Source: Balanoglossus misakiensis (Eukaryota; Animalia; Hemichordata). From it: DNA of 64,000 nt. A program made the translations under genes and the position numbers. This document shows positions 49,541-60,900 of this stretch, piece by piece (the first letter of the stretch is position 1; each line of letters opens with the position of its first letter). Location: NCBI GenBank assembly GCA_040954595.2, contig CM082586.2, positions 2,237,124-2,301,123 of the forward strand. Direction: 5' to 3'. Under the pieces are notes generated by a model. The model worked only from the letters and a program-made list of their open reading frames with translations. It did no database searches and was not told the DNA's origin.

Positions 49541-52500
49541 ATCGGCCATTTTTCGACTTTGGGAATTTTCGAAATTTGGTGATTTTTTCATAAAAACCAT
49601 GGGTTATAGCTCAGGAAAATCGAGAAAAATCGACCATTTTTCGACTTTGGGAATTTTCGAAATTTGGTGATTTTTTCATAAAAAGCATGGGTTATAGCTC
49701 AGGAAAACCGAGAAAAATCGACCATTTTTCGACTTTGGGAATTTTCGAAATTTGGTGATTTTTTCATAAAAACCATGGGTTATAGCTCAGGAAAATCGCG
49801 AAAAATCGACCATTTTTCGACTTTGGGAATTTTCGAAATTTGGTGATTTTTTCATAAAAACCATGGGTTATAGCTCAGGAAAATCGCGAAAAATCGACCA
49901 TTTTTCGACTTTGGGAATTTTCGAAATTTGGTGATTTTTTCATAAAAAGCATGGGTTATAGCTCAGGAAAATCGCGAAAAATCGACCATTTTTCGACTTT
50001 GGGAATTTTCGAAATTTGGTGATTTTTTCATAAAAAGCATGGGTTATAGCTCAGGAAAATCGAGAAAAATCGACCATTTTTCGACTTTGGGAATTTTCGA
50101 AATTTGGTGATTTTTTCATAAAAAGCATGGGTTATAGCTCAGGAAAATCGAGAAAAATCGACCATTTTTCGACTTTGGGAATTTTCGAAATTTGGTGATT
50201 TTTTGATAAAAACCATGGGTTATAGCTCAGGAAAATCGCGAAAAATCGACCATTTTTCGACTTTGGGAATTTTCGAAATTAGGTGATTTTTTCATAAAAA
50301 CCATGGGTTATAGCTCAGGAAAATCGCGAAAAATCGACCACTTTTCGAGTTTGGGAATTTTCGAAATTTGGTGATTTTTTGATAAAAACCATGGGTTATA
50401 GCTCAGGAAAATCGCGAAAAATCGACCATTTTTCGACTTTGGAAATTTTTGAAATTTGGTGATTTTTTCATAAAAACCATGGGTTATAGCTCAGGAAAAT
50501 CGCGGAAAATCGACCACTTTTCGAGTTTGGGAATTTTCGAAATTTGGTGATTTTTTCATAAAAAGCATGGGTTATAGCTCAGGAAAATCGCGAAAAATCG
50601 ACCATTTTTCGACTTTGGGAATTTTCGAAATTTGGTGATTTTTTCATAAAAAGCATGGGTTATAGCTCAGGAAAATCGCGAAAAATCGACCATTTTTCGA
50701 CTTTGGGAATTTTCGAAATTTGGTGATTTTTTCATAAAAAGCATGGGTTATAGCTCAGGAAAATCGCGAAAAATCGACCATTTTTCGACTTTGGGAATTT
50801 TCGAAATTTGGTGATTTTTTGATAAAAACCATGGGTTATAGCTCAGGAAAATCGCGAAAAATCGACCATTTTTCGACTTTGGGAATTTTCGAAATTTGGT
50901 GATTTTTTCATAAAAACCATGGGTTATAGCTCAGGAAAATCGCGAAAAATCGACCATTTTTCGACTTTGGGAATTTTCGAAATTTGGTGATTTTTTCATA
51001 AAAACCATGGGTTATAGCTCAGGAAAATCGCGAAAAATCGACCATTTTTCGACTTTGGGAATTTTCGAAATTTGGTGATTTTTTCATAAAAACCATGGGT
51101 TATAGCTCAGGATAATCGCGAAAAATCGACCATTTTTCGACTTTGGGAATTTTCGAAATTTGGTGATTTTTTCATAAAAACCATGGGTTATAGCTCAGGA
51201 TAATCGCGAAAAATCGACCATTTTTCGACTTTGGGAAATTTCGAAATTTGGTGATTTTTTCATAAAAACCATGGGTTATAGCTCAGGAAAATCGCGAAAA
51301 ATCGACCATTTTTCGACTTTGGGAATTTTCGAAATTTGGTGATTTTTTCATAAAAACCATGGGTTATAGCTCAGGAAAATCGCGAAAAATCGACCATTTT
51401 TCGACTTTGGGAATTTTCGAAATTTGGTGATTTTTTCATAAAAAGCATGGGTTATAGCTCAGGAAAATCGAGAAAAATCGACCATTTTTCGACTTTGGGA
51501 ATTTTCGAAATTTGGTGATTTTTTCATAAAAACCATGGGTTATAGCTCAGGATAATCGCGAAAAATCGACCATTTTTCGAGTTTGGGAATTTTCGAAATT
51601 TGGTGATTTTTTCATAAAAACCATGGGTTATAGCTCCGGAAAATCGCGAAAAATCGACCATTTTTCGAGTTTGGGAATTTTCGAAATTTGGTGATTTTTT
51701 CATAAAAACCATGGGTTATAGCTCCGGAAAATCGCGAAAAATCGACCATTTTTCGACTTTGGGAATTTTCGAAATTTGGTGATTTTTTCATAAAAACCAT
51801 GGGTTATAGCTCAGGATAATCGCGAAAAATCGACCATTTTTCGACTTTGGGAATTTTCGAAATTTGGTGATTTTTTCATAAAAACCATGGGTTATAGCTC
51901 AGGAAAATCGAGAAAAATCGACCATTTTTCGACTTTGGGAATTTTCGAAATTTGGTGATTTTTTCATAAAAACCATGGGTTATAGCTCAGGAAAATCGCG
52001 AAAAATCGACCATTTTTCGACTTTGGGAATTTTCGAAATTTGGTGATTTTTTCATAAAAACCATGGGTTATAGCTCAGGAAAATCGCGAAAAATCGACCA
52101 TTTTTCGACTTTGGGAATTTTCGAAATTTGGTGATTTTTTCATAAAAACCATGGGTTATAGCTCAGGAAAATCGCGAAAAATCGACCATTTTTCGACTTT
52201 GGGAATTTTCGAAATTTGGTGATTTTTTTCATAAAAACCATGGGTTATAGCTCAGGAATATCGCGAAAAATCGACCATTTTTCGACTTTGGGAATTTTCG
52301 AAATTTGGTGATTTTTTCATAAAAACCATGGGTTATAGCTCAGGAAAATCGCGAAAAATCGACCATTTTTCGACTTTGGGAATTTTCGAAATTTGGTGAT
52401 TTTTTCATAAAAACCATGGGTTATAGCTCAGGAAAATCGCGAAAAATCGACCATTTTTCGACTTTGGGAATTTTTGAAATTTGGTGATTTTTTCATAAAA

Positions 52501-55500
52501 AGCATGGGTTATAGCTCAGGAAAATCGAGAAAAATCGACCATTTTTCGACTTTGGGAATTTTCGAAATTTGGTGATTTTTTCATAAAAACCATGGGTTAT
52601 AGCTCAGGAAAATCGCGAAAAATCGACCATTTTTCGACTTTGGGAATTTTCGAAATTTGGTGATTTTTTCATAAAAACCATGGGTTATAGCTCAGGAAAA
52701 TCGCGAAAAATCGACCATTTTTCGACTTTGGGAATTTTCGAAATTTGGTGATTTTTTCATAAAAACCATGGGTTATAGCTCAGGAAAATCGCGAAAAATC
52801 GACCATTTTTCGACTTTGGGAATTTTCGAAATTTGGTGATTTTTTCATAAAAACCATGGGTTATAGCTCAGGAAAATCGCGAAAAATCGACCATTTTTCG
52901 ACTTTGGGAATTTTCGAAATTTGGTGATTTTTTCATAAAAACCATGGGTTATAGCTCAGGAAAATCGCGAAAAATCGACCATTTTTCGACTTTGGGAATT
53001 TTCGAAATTTGGTGATTTTTTCATAAAAACCATGGGTTATAGCTCAGGAAAATTGCGAAAAATCGACCATTTTTCGACTTTGGGAATTTTCGAAATTTGG
53101 TGATTTTTTCATAAAAACCATGGGTTATAGCTCAGGAAAATCGCGAAAAATCGACCATTTTTCGACTTTGGGAATTTTCGAAATTTGGTGATTTTTTTCA
53201 TAAAAACCATGGGTTATAGCTCAGGAAAATCGCGAAAAATCGACCATTTTTCGACTTTGGGAATTTTCGAAATTTGGTGATTTTTTTCATAAAAACCATG
53301 GGTTATAGCTCAGGAATATCGCGAAAAATCGACCATTTTTCGACTTTGGGAATTTTCGAAATTTGGTGATTTTTTCATAAAAACCATGGGTTATAGCTCA
53401 GGAAAATCGCGAAAAATCGACCATTTTTCGAGTTTGGGAATTTTCGAAATTTGGTGATTTTTTCATAAAAACATGGGTTATAGCTCAGGAAAATCGCGAA
53501 AAATCGACCATTTTTCGACTTTGGGAATTTTCGAAATTTGGTGATTTTTTCATAAAAAGCATGGGTTATAGCTCAGGAAAATCGCGAAAAATCGACCATT
53601 TTTCGAGTTTGGGAATTTTCGAAATTTGGTGATTTTTTCATAAAAAGCATGGGTTATAGCTCAGGAAAATCGCGAAAAATCGACCATTTTTCGACTTTGG
53701 GAATTTTCGAAATTTGGTGATTTTTTCATAAAAACCATGGGTTATAGCTCAGGAAAATCGCGAAAAATCGACCATTTTTCGACTTTGGGAATTTTCGAAA
53801 TTTGGTGATTTTTTCATAAAAACCATGGGTTATAGCTCAGGAAAATCGCGAAAAATCGACCATTTTTCGACTTTGGGAATTTTCGAAATTTGGTGATTTT
53901 TTTCATAAAAACCATGGGTTATAGCTCAGGAAAATCGCGAAAAATCGACCATTTTTCGACTTTGGGAATTTTCGAAATTTGGTGATTTTTTTCATAAAAA
54001 CCATGGGTTATAGCTCAGGAAAATCGCGAAAAATCGACCATTTTTCGACTTTGGGAATTTTCGAAATTTGGTGATTTTTTCATAAAAACCATGGGTTATA
54101 GCTCAGGAAAATCGCGAAAAATCGACCATTTTTCGACTTTGGGAATTTTCGAAATTTGGTGATTTTTTCATAAAAACCATGGGTTATAGCTCAGGAAAAT
54201 CGCGAAAAATCGACTATTTTTCGACTTTGGGAATTTTCGAAATTTGGTGATTTTTTCATAAAAACCATGGGTTATAGCTCAGGAAAATCGCGAAAAATCG
54301 ACCATTTTTCGACTTTGGGAATTTTCGAAATTTGGTGATTTTTTCATAAAAACCATGGGTTATAGCTCAGGAAAATCGCGAAAAATCGACCATTTTTCGA
54401 CTTTGGGAATTTTCGAAATTTGGTGATTTTTTCATAAAAACCATGGGTTATAGCTCAGGAAAATCGCGAAAAATCGACCATTTTTCGACTTTGGGAATTT
54501 TCGAAATTTGGTGATTTTTTCATAAAAACCATGGGTTATAGCTCAGGAAAATCGCGAAAAATCGACCATTTTTCGACTTTGGGAATTTTCGAAATTTGGT
54601 GATTTTTTCATAAAAACCATGGGTTATAGCTCAGGAAAATCGCGAAAAATCGACCATTTTTCGACTTTGGGAATTTTCGAAATTTGGTGATTTTTTCATA
54701 AAAACCATGGGTTATAGCTCAGGAAAATTGCGAAAAATCGACTATTTTTCGACTTTGGGAATTTTCGAAATTTGGTGATTTTTTCATAAAAACCATGGGT
54801 TATAGCTCAGGAAAATCGCGAAAAATCGACCATTTTTCGACTTTGGGAATTTTCGAAATTTGGTGATTTTTTCATAAAAACCATGGGTTATAGCTCAGGA
54901 AAATCGCGAAAAATCGACCATTTTTCGACTTTGGGAATTTTCGAAATTTGGTGATTTTTTCAAAAAAACCATGGGTTATAGCTCAGGAAAATCGCGAAAA
55001 ATCGACCATTTTTCGACTTTGGGAATTTTCGAAATTTGGTGATTTTTTCATAAAAACCATGGGTTATAGCTCAGGAAAATTGCGAAAAATCGACTATTTT
55101 TCGACTTTGGGAATTTTCGAAATTTGGTGATTTTTTCATAAAAACCATGGGTTATAGCTCAGGAAAATCGCGAAAAATCGACCATTTTTCGACTTTGGGA
55201 ATTTTCGAAATTTGGTGATTTTTTCATAAAAACCATGGGTTATAGCTCAGGAAAATCGCGAAAAATCGACCATTTTTCGACTTTGGGAATTTTCGAAATT
55301 TGGTGATTTTTTCATAAAAACCATGGGTTATAGCTCAGGAAAATCGCGAAAAATCGACCATTTTTCGACTTTGGGAATTTTCGAAATTTGGTGATTTTTT
55401 CATAAAAACCATGGGTTATAGCTCAGGAAAATCGCGAAAAATCGACCATTTTTCGACTTTGGGAATTTTCGAAATTTGGTGATTTTTTCATAAAAACCAT

Positions 55501-56313
55501 GGGTTATAGCTCAGGAAAATCGGGAAAAATCGACCATTTTTCGACTTTGCGAATTTTCAAAATATCGTCGATTTTTGAAAAAACCATGGGTTATAGCTCA
55601 GGAAAATCATCAAAAAATGAGAATTTTTCGACTTTGCGAATTTTCAAAATTTCGTCGATTTTTGAAAAAAACCATGGGTTATAGCTCATGAAAATCATCC
55701 AGAAATGACAATTTTTCGACTGCGAAATATCAAAATTTCGTCGATTTTTGAAAAAAAACATGGGTTATAGCTCATGAAAATCATCCAGAAATGACAATTT
55801 TTCGACTTTGCGAAATATCAAAATTTCTTCATTTTTTTTTAAAAAACCATGGGTTATAGCTCATGAAAATCATCCAGAAATGACAATTTTTCGACTTTGC
55901 GAAATATCAAAATTTCTTCATTTTTTTAAAAAAACCATGGGTTATACCTCATGAAAATAATCCAGAAATTTCCATTTTTCGATTTTGCGAAATATCAAAA
56001 TTTCTTCATTTTTTTAAAAAAACCATGGGTTATAGCTCATGAAAATCATCCAGAAATGTCAATTTTTCGACTTTGCGAATTTTCAAAATTTCGTCGATTT
56101 TTGAAAAAAACCATGGGTTATAGCTCATGAAAATCATCCAGAAATGACAATTTTTCGACTGCGAAATATCAAAATTTCGTCGATTTTTGAAAAAAACCAT
56201 GGGTTATAGCTCATGAAAATCATCCAGAAATGACAATTTTTCGACTTTGCGAAATATCAAAATGTCTTCATTTTTTTGAAAAAACCATGGGTTATAGCTC
56301 ATGAAAATCATCC
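49541..56313 (-). repeat. Right arm: 88-bp C-type monomers, then D-type edge monomers
   Basis: C unit aaaaaccatgggttatagctcaggaaaatcgcgaaaaatcgaccatttttcgactttgggaattttcgaaatttggtgattttttcat; D-type (aaatatcaaaatttcttcattttt) near 55800-56313. Confidence 0.95.
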
Positions 56314-56499
56314 TCTACGTCCTCTCTGCCTAACTTGCATATGCTTATTCCATCAGCTATGCTACTTCATATTTGCTACAACTTGGATTATGTCGTGAGA
56401 ATGTTTACATATAAGACTTCAATACACATTCATCAGTATAGTCCATAGAGAGTCACTCGCAATAGTCATTTTGTATGAACGAAACTTTGTCAGGACAAA

Positions 56500-56558
56500 T
56501 CCAACTGGACAGAAAGTACACAAAAGCCTATAGAATTATCTTTACAAAATACTTTATT
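56500..56558 (-). terminator. Probable GGT7 poly(A) signal
   Basis: AATAAA on the - strand (tttatt at 56553-56558) followed by GU-rich ggcttttgtgtactttctgt on the - strand. Confidence 0.55.
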
Positions 56559-57779
56559 TCTTTCACCACATAATATATACATATTAGTTCACAATATAAT
56601 AATTTCAGTGATTAAGTTGCACCTGTCATATTTTGGCTGAACATTCTAATCTCTTGTACCATGTGTAAAGTAACATAAACACTGGAAAAATAGACCAGTG
56701 AGGGTATTCTTACACCTAGTTAGGAGTTTAAAACGAGAGCTTCTTAATTCAGAAAATAAACCTATTCTGGTATATATATGTACATGTAGTTAAAATATAC
56801 TTAATTTGCATAAGTTGGTAACTTATAATATTGCCCATTGAGGGCAGCAGAAAAGATTACTGACTCCATGTTATTACTCATTTACATGACCTGATTATTA
56901 CACTCTCTTTTTAACTTGTCCTTCAGCACAAAGTATAGAATTACTCTATACCAGTCGTACATCATGTAAATAGTTCATTCATAGCATAGCATGGTAGGGT
57001 TTGACTGTAAACAAAGGTCAAAATACTTCAAAAATGGGGCAGTGACTTGTTAAGCAGTAAACAGCAATGAACCATCTTGGAGACCTGTACCCTGTGTTTA
57101 CCAATACCGATGTGAAATTGAGACACTTAGCAGCCAATTGTTCTGGCCTTTAAATTTCCTACAATATACTTTAAAAGATATAAATTTTGAAAAACATATC
57201 ACAAAATGTGACTTTAGTGCATAGAATGACAAAGCAAATCTACTGCAGGATTGGTAAATTGACAGAAATATACAAAAATAAACATTTTTGAAAATACAAG
57301 CTTGAAAAAAGAACAGCATTACAAATACATACGATAGTGTGGTAATCTGAAAATTATAGGTGTTAACAAGCATTATAAAGATTCCACTAAACAGTAAGAC
57401 AGTTGAATGCAAGTTCAAAAATATAAATGCTTGATACATTTCCAAGGGCTCGGGCCAAGGGATGAATTTATCAAGTTAGAAATATTACTAACATCTACAA
57501 CATTGTTTGTGAGGAATTTTACATCACAATAATATCTCTCAAGATATATGAAGCCATGGTTATTATACTTTACATTTTAATGATGGTTTTATACAAATAT
57601 TACCTGCTGGATATAAACATTGCTTTTCGTGCTTCACAAGTTTTATTAAAAAGTTCACCAGTTTATGGGTAATGACAAGAAGCCATACACCCCTTGTATT
57701 CTACAGTGGTATACTCCACCCAGGATCAAATGGACCATATCATTGATACTTTGGGGGGTGACGGGGTCGAGGTAAATGA

Positions 57780-57943
57780 TCAAAACACCACAGCACCTGA
57801 GCCTTTTTTTCTAGTGTCGCTGTACGCAGACAATCTGTCGTTCTTTTTCATAGCGACCATGAATTGATTTCCCAGTTCTTGTCTGGTGACCACTTTGTGT
57901 CCGCAGTTTTCAAGTCTTTCCAATATGGCAGCAGGTACCTTCT
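57780..57943 (-). CDS. GGT7: GGT7-like terminal coding exon
   Basis: KVPAAILERLENCGHKVV...LSAYSDTRKKGSGAVVF*; TGA at 57782-57780. Confidence 0.92.
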
Positions 57944-60900
57944 CTGAAAGGCGGACACAGAAATAGAGCAAAAACATCAGTGCAAAAATAATACACCCAA
58001 GGTGAATTAACCAACCACAGCAAAGGAAATGAACAAGGTATAGTACAATGGGTATTTATTATATGTGAAATAATTCTATGAGTGTCAGAAATTGACTCGA
58101 TACAAATCAGATCATGGCTATTAGTTAGAATGCTACTTTAACCTTCTCATCCAATTTCCCCGTACAGAGGTCCAACACTGCCATTTTGAATACTATAGGA
58201 CTGAACCATAGTGGTGAAAGGGTTAAATAGGGAGTTTGCAGCACTACCGGTATACAAGAATGTCACCTACCTTCCACGTAAACCTGATTCGGCACAAGCT
58301 GATGATGGAGTCTCGGCTTGTCGACACTATCTTTGGCATTGCTGCCAAACGACAGAATATCCAGAAATACTTGTGCAGCGCCTGTGGTGATCATAGTTCC
58401 ACCGTCACCCCCGAGGGCGATCCTTGGCATGCATGGCTGGGATTCTTGTAAAGCTATCAGGGGTACGGTCGATGACTGTGGTCTTTTGTTGGGCTCAATG
58501 TAGTTGGACTGTGTATTAAATAAAATAATTTATCAGTTCTATGAATTTCCATCACACACTGCAAAAGCGACCAAGCTTATGACCAAAATTATTTTTTTGA
58601 ATCTCTATCTTACCTCACTGACGGTCAGGTGTGGCTCATCTGGGTGTTTATTTGGCCAATCAAAATCAGACATCTCATCGTTCAGCAATATGCCACTGTC
58701 AGTGACAACAGCACTACCAAACCTGGAGTTGACAGTGCTGTAAGAAAAAAATGGCACTGCTATTGTAAGGATAGCCTCTCTTTGGAGTTTCCACCCCCAT
58801 TTCCCTATGTAGCGGTCCAACTTTACCACAGAAACAATAAGTTTGGCACGAACTATGGCGATGAAAGGGTTAAATGGTATTACCTTGTGACCGCCACCAT
58901 ATTGTCATCTGGATCAATGACTGTAACTGTTGCTGTACCCTGCGACAATGCTGGGAAATAAGGACCGTAATGTGCGGGAGGGTAGGTTTTCTCATCATCG
59001 ATTTTATCTCTGATCTTGGCAGCTGTGTCTTTGCTGTGGAATAAAACAAGGTGGAAAGAAATCGTATGGAGTTTGATAGAAAATATATGAATTGAACTAT
59101 TACGGAGAATGTATTCATGACAGATAACTAGCAAGGAACTTCTTGTTCTTGAGATCATTCTCCTGGAATTTGTGCACGATGATTGCACTGCCATTCTCCA
59201 AAAGAATTCTACAGCGTTTTTACCTGGTCATTATGTCTGTGAGATTCTGGACATCAGTAGAATATTCCGGATCTCCAATCTGACTCCGTTGTGCGTACGC
59301 ATACTTGAAAGCCTGGAAAATAATGTTACAGTAATTATTGTTCGCATTTCAGTAGTGTCACAAAGTTGTGGTAAATGTTACGAGCAATACCAACACAGTA
59401 AGAAATAACATGAATGGACTTTTCATATATGGTAAAAAAGTAAAAAGTAAAAATCTGAGACAAGAAATTATGAATCACGTACCTCTACCATTCTATGATG
59501 TGTCAGAGGGTCGTTCTGTAACTCCCTTGTTAAATTGTAGCCCTCCATGATGTTGGTGATGGACATGAACACTGCTCCACCTGATGGCTCTGGTACTAAG
59601 TACACCTGGTAATCTGGAAAAAATCAACAAGAAATAATGAAGAAGTTGTGCTTTAGGTGGTATAGCGCCCCCCAGTGGCAAGAAAAAAATTTGAGGTCCT
59701 TTACATTGAGTTGCATAATATCAGTTTTCTTGTATTTCTTGCGCTGGCAGCTCAGTCTACAGTATTTCCAGTTTCATGTTTACATGAATTATTAATAATC
59801 AGTATAATTACCGTGATAGGTTGTCTGCAGGGGTGTTTTCATCTCAGCTTGGTAGTTGGCCAGGTCCTCTTTTGTTAAGATTCCTCCTGCCTGTTTGACC
59901 TGCATAGAGAATTGAACACATGCATTAACTTCACTGGCATTACCACAGCGGGTGAGACTGGATGTGAAGTACCATGTCGAAGTCTGCTTTGATAAGATGA
60001 TGTACCTGTCAAATATCATGAAAGCTCAAAATGGCACAGTACACATGAATTCATCACAGTATATATGGGTACTCACAGCAACTATGATCTCATCAGTCAG
60101 GTTACCCTTGTAAAAAGCATCAGCACCATCATCAGCAATGATCTGCAGAACTCGGGCAAGATCTGGCCTCTTCATAGCATCACCCTCTTTGACTGACATT
60201 CCACCAGGCATGAGAGCGTCTCGAAGTCTCCTTGAGTAGGCCATCCTGTCACCTTCTGATGCAATGCTGTCAACTGAAGTGACATACAGAAACTGAGTTG
60301 TATACGGTATATACATTAAAAATTATATACCCTATTTGTAGTACATGTATTTTATTACATTGACCGAGTATTCGTATGACATTCACCACAATGTTGATTT
60401 ATATTCCCTATTGCATCCTGAAGGCATTAAACAATTTTCAACAATGGTTTTATATCGTCACATTAACATCCTGACCCCAGATGACCTTGATGAAAATTAA
60501 GCTCGCAAGGATATACTTTCCTCAGTGTCCGACTGCAAGAACGCATTGCCAACTCAGCATGTAAAACAGATGATAACAAATATCACAAGTGTAGTTTCCT
60601 GAATTTATTCATTCATTTCATCTTCTAAATCGCAGACAGAAAAATGGATTTGTGCAACAGCTGGTATTTCTAAACACATATGTTCAATACCACATTTATA
60701 AACCCAACAGTAATCAACCAAAGCTATTTAGATCTTGTTGAGAACCATTATCCAGATCTAAATTGTTCATCAATGCAAATCCACCATCTGTCTGAAATTA
60801 ACCCCAGGGGTAGAGGGCCACTGCATTGGTGAACAAACAGGATTTTAAAATGCTGACATATTAATCAATATGTTATAATGCTGGCCATCTCCAACTAAAT

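Larger units (their letters stand above)
32410..56313. repeat. Satellite array of 87-89 bp monomers (~270 copies, estimated from length), subfamily domains and one strand inversion
   Basis: Conserved core CATGGGTTATAGCYCAKG in nearly every monomer; periodicity measured directly (88 bp at 33621/33709; 87 bp at 38641/38728). Confidence 0.99.

Noticed and set aside
33095-55684. Short ORFs inside the satellite
   Set aside because: They are chance read-throughs created by single variants in a non-triplet 87-89 bp repeat or at its edges, with no coding signature.
32410-56313. CRISPR-like array (regularly spaced palindromic repeat)
   Set aside because: The sequence between dyads is itself repeated, with no unique spacers. 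The context is a eukaryotic spliced locus with no cas genes. It is a satellite.
32390-56330. Target-site duplication around the satellite
   Set aside because: The left flank (ggctggttcctt) and right flank (tctacgtcctct) share no duplicated sequence, so a transposon origin remains unproven.
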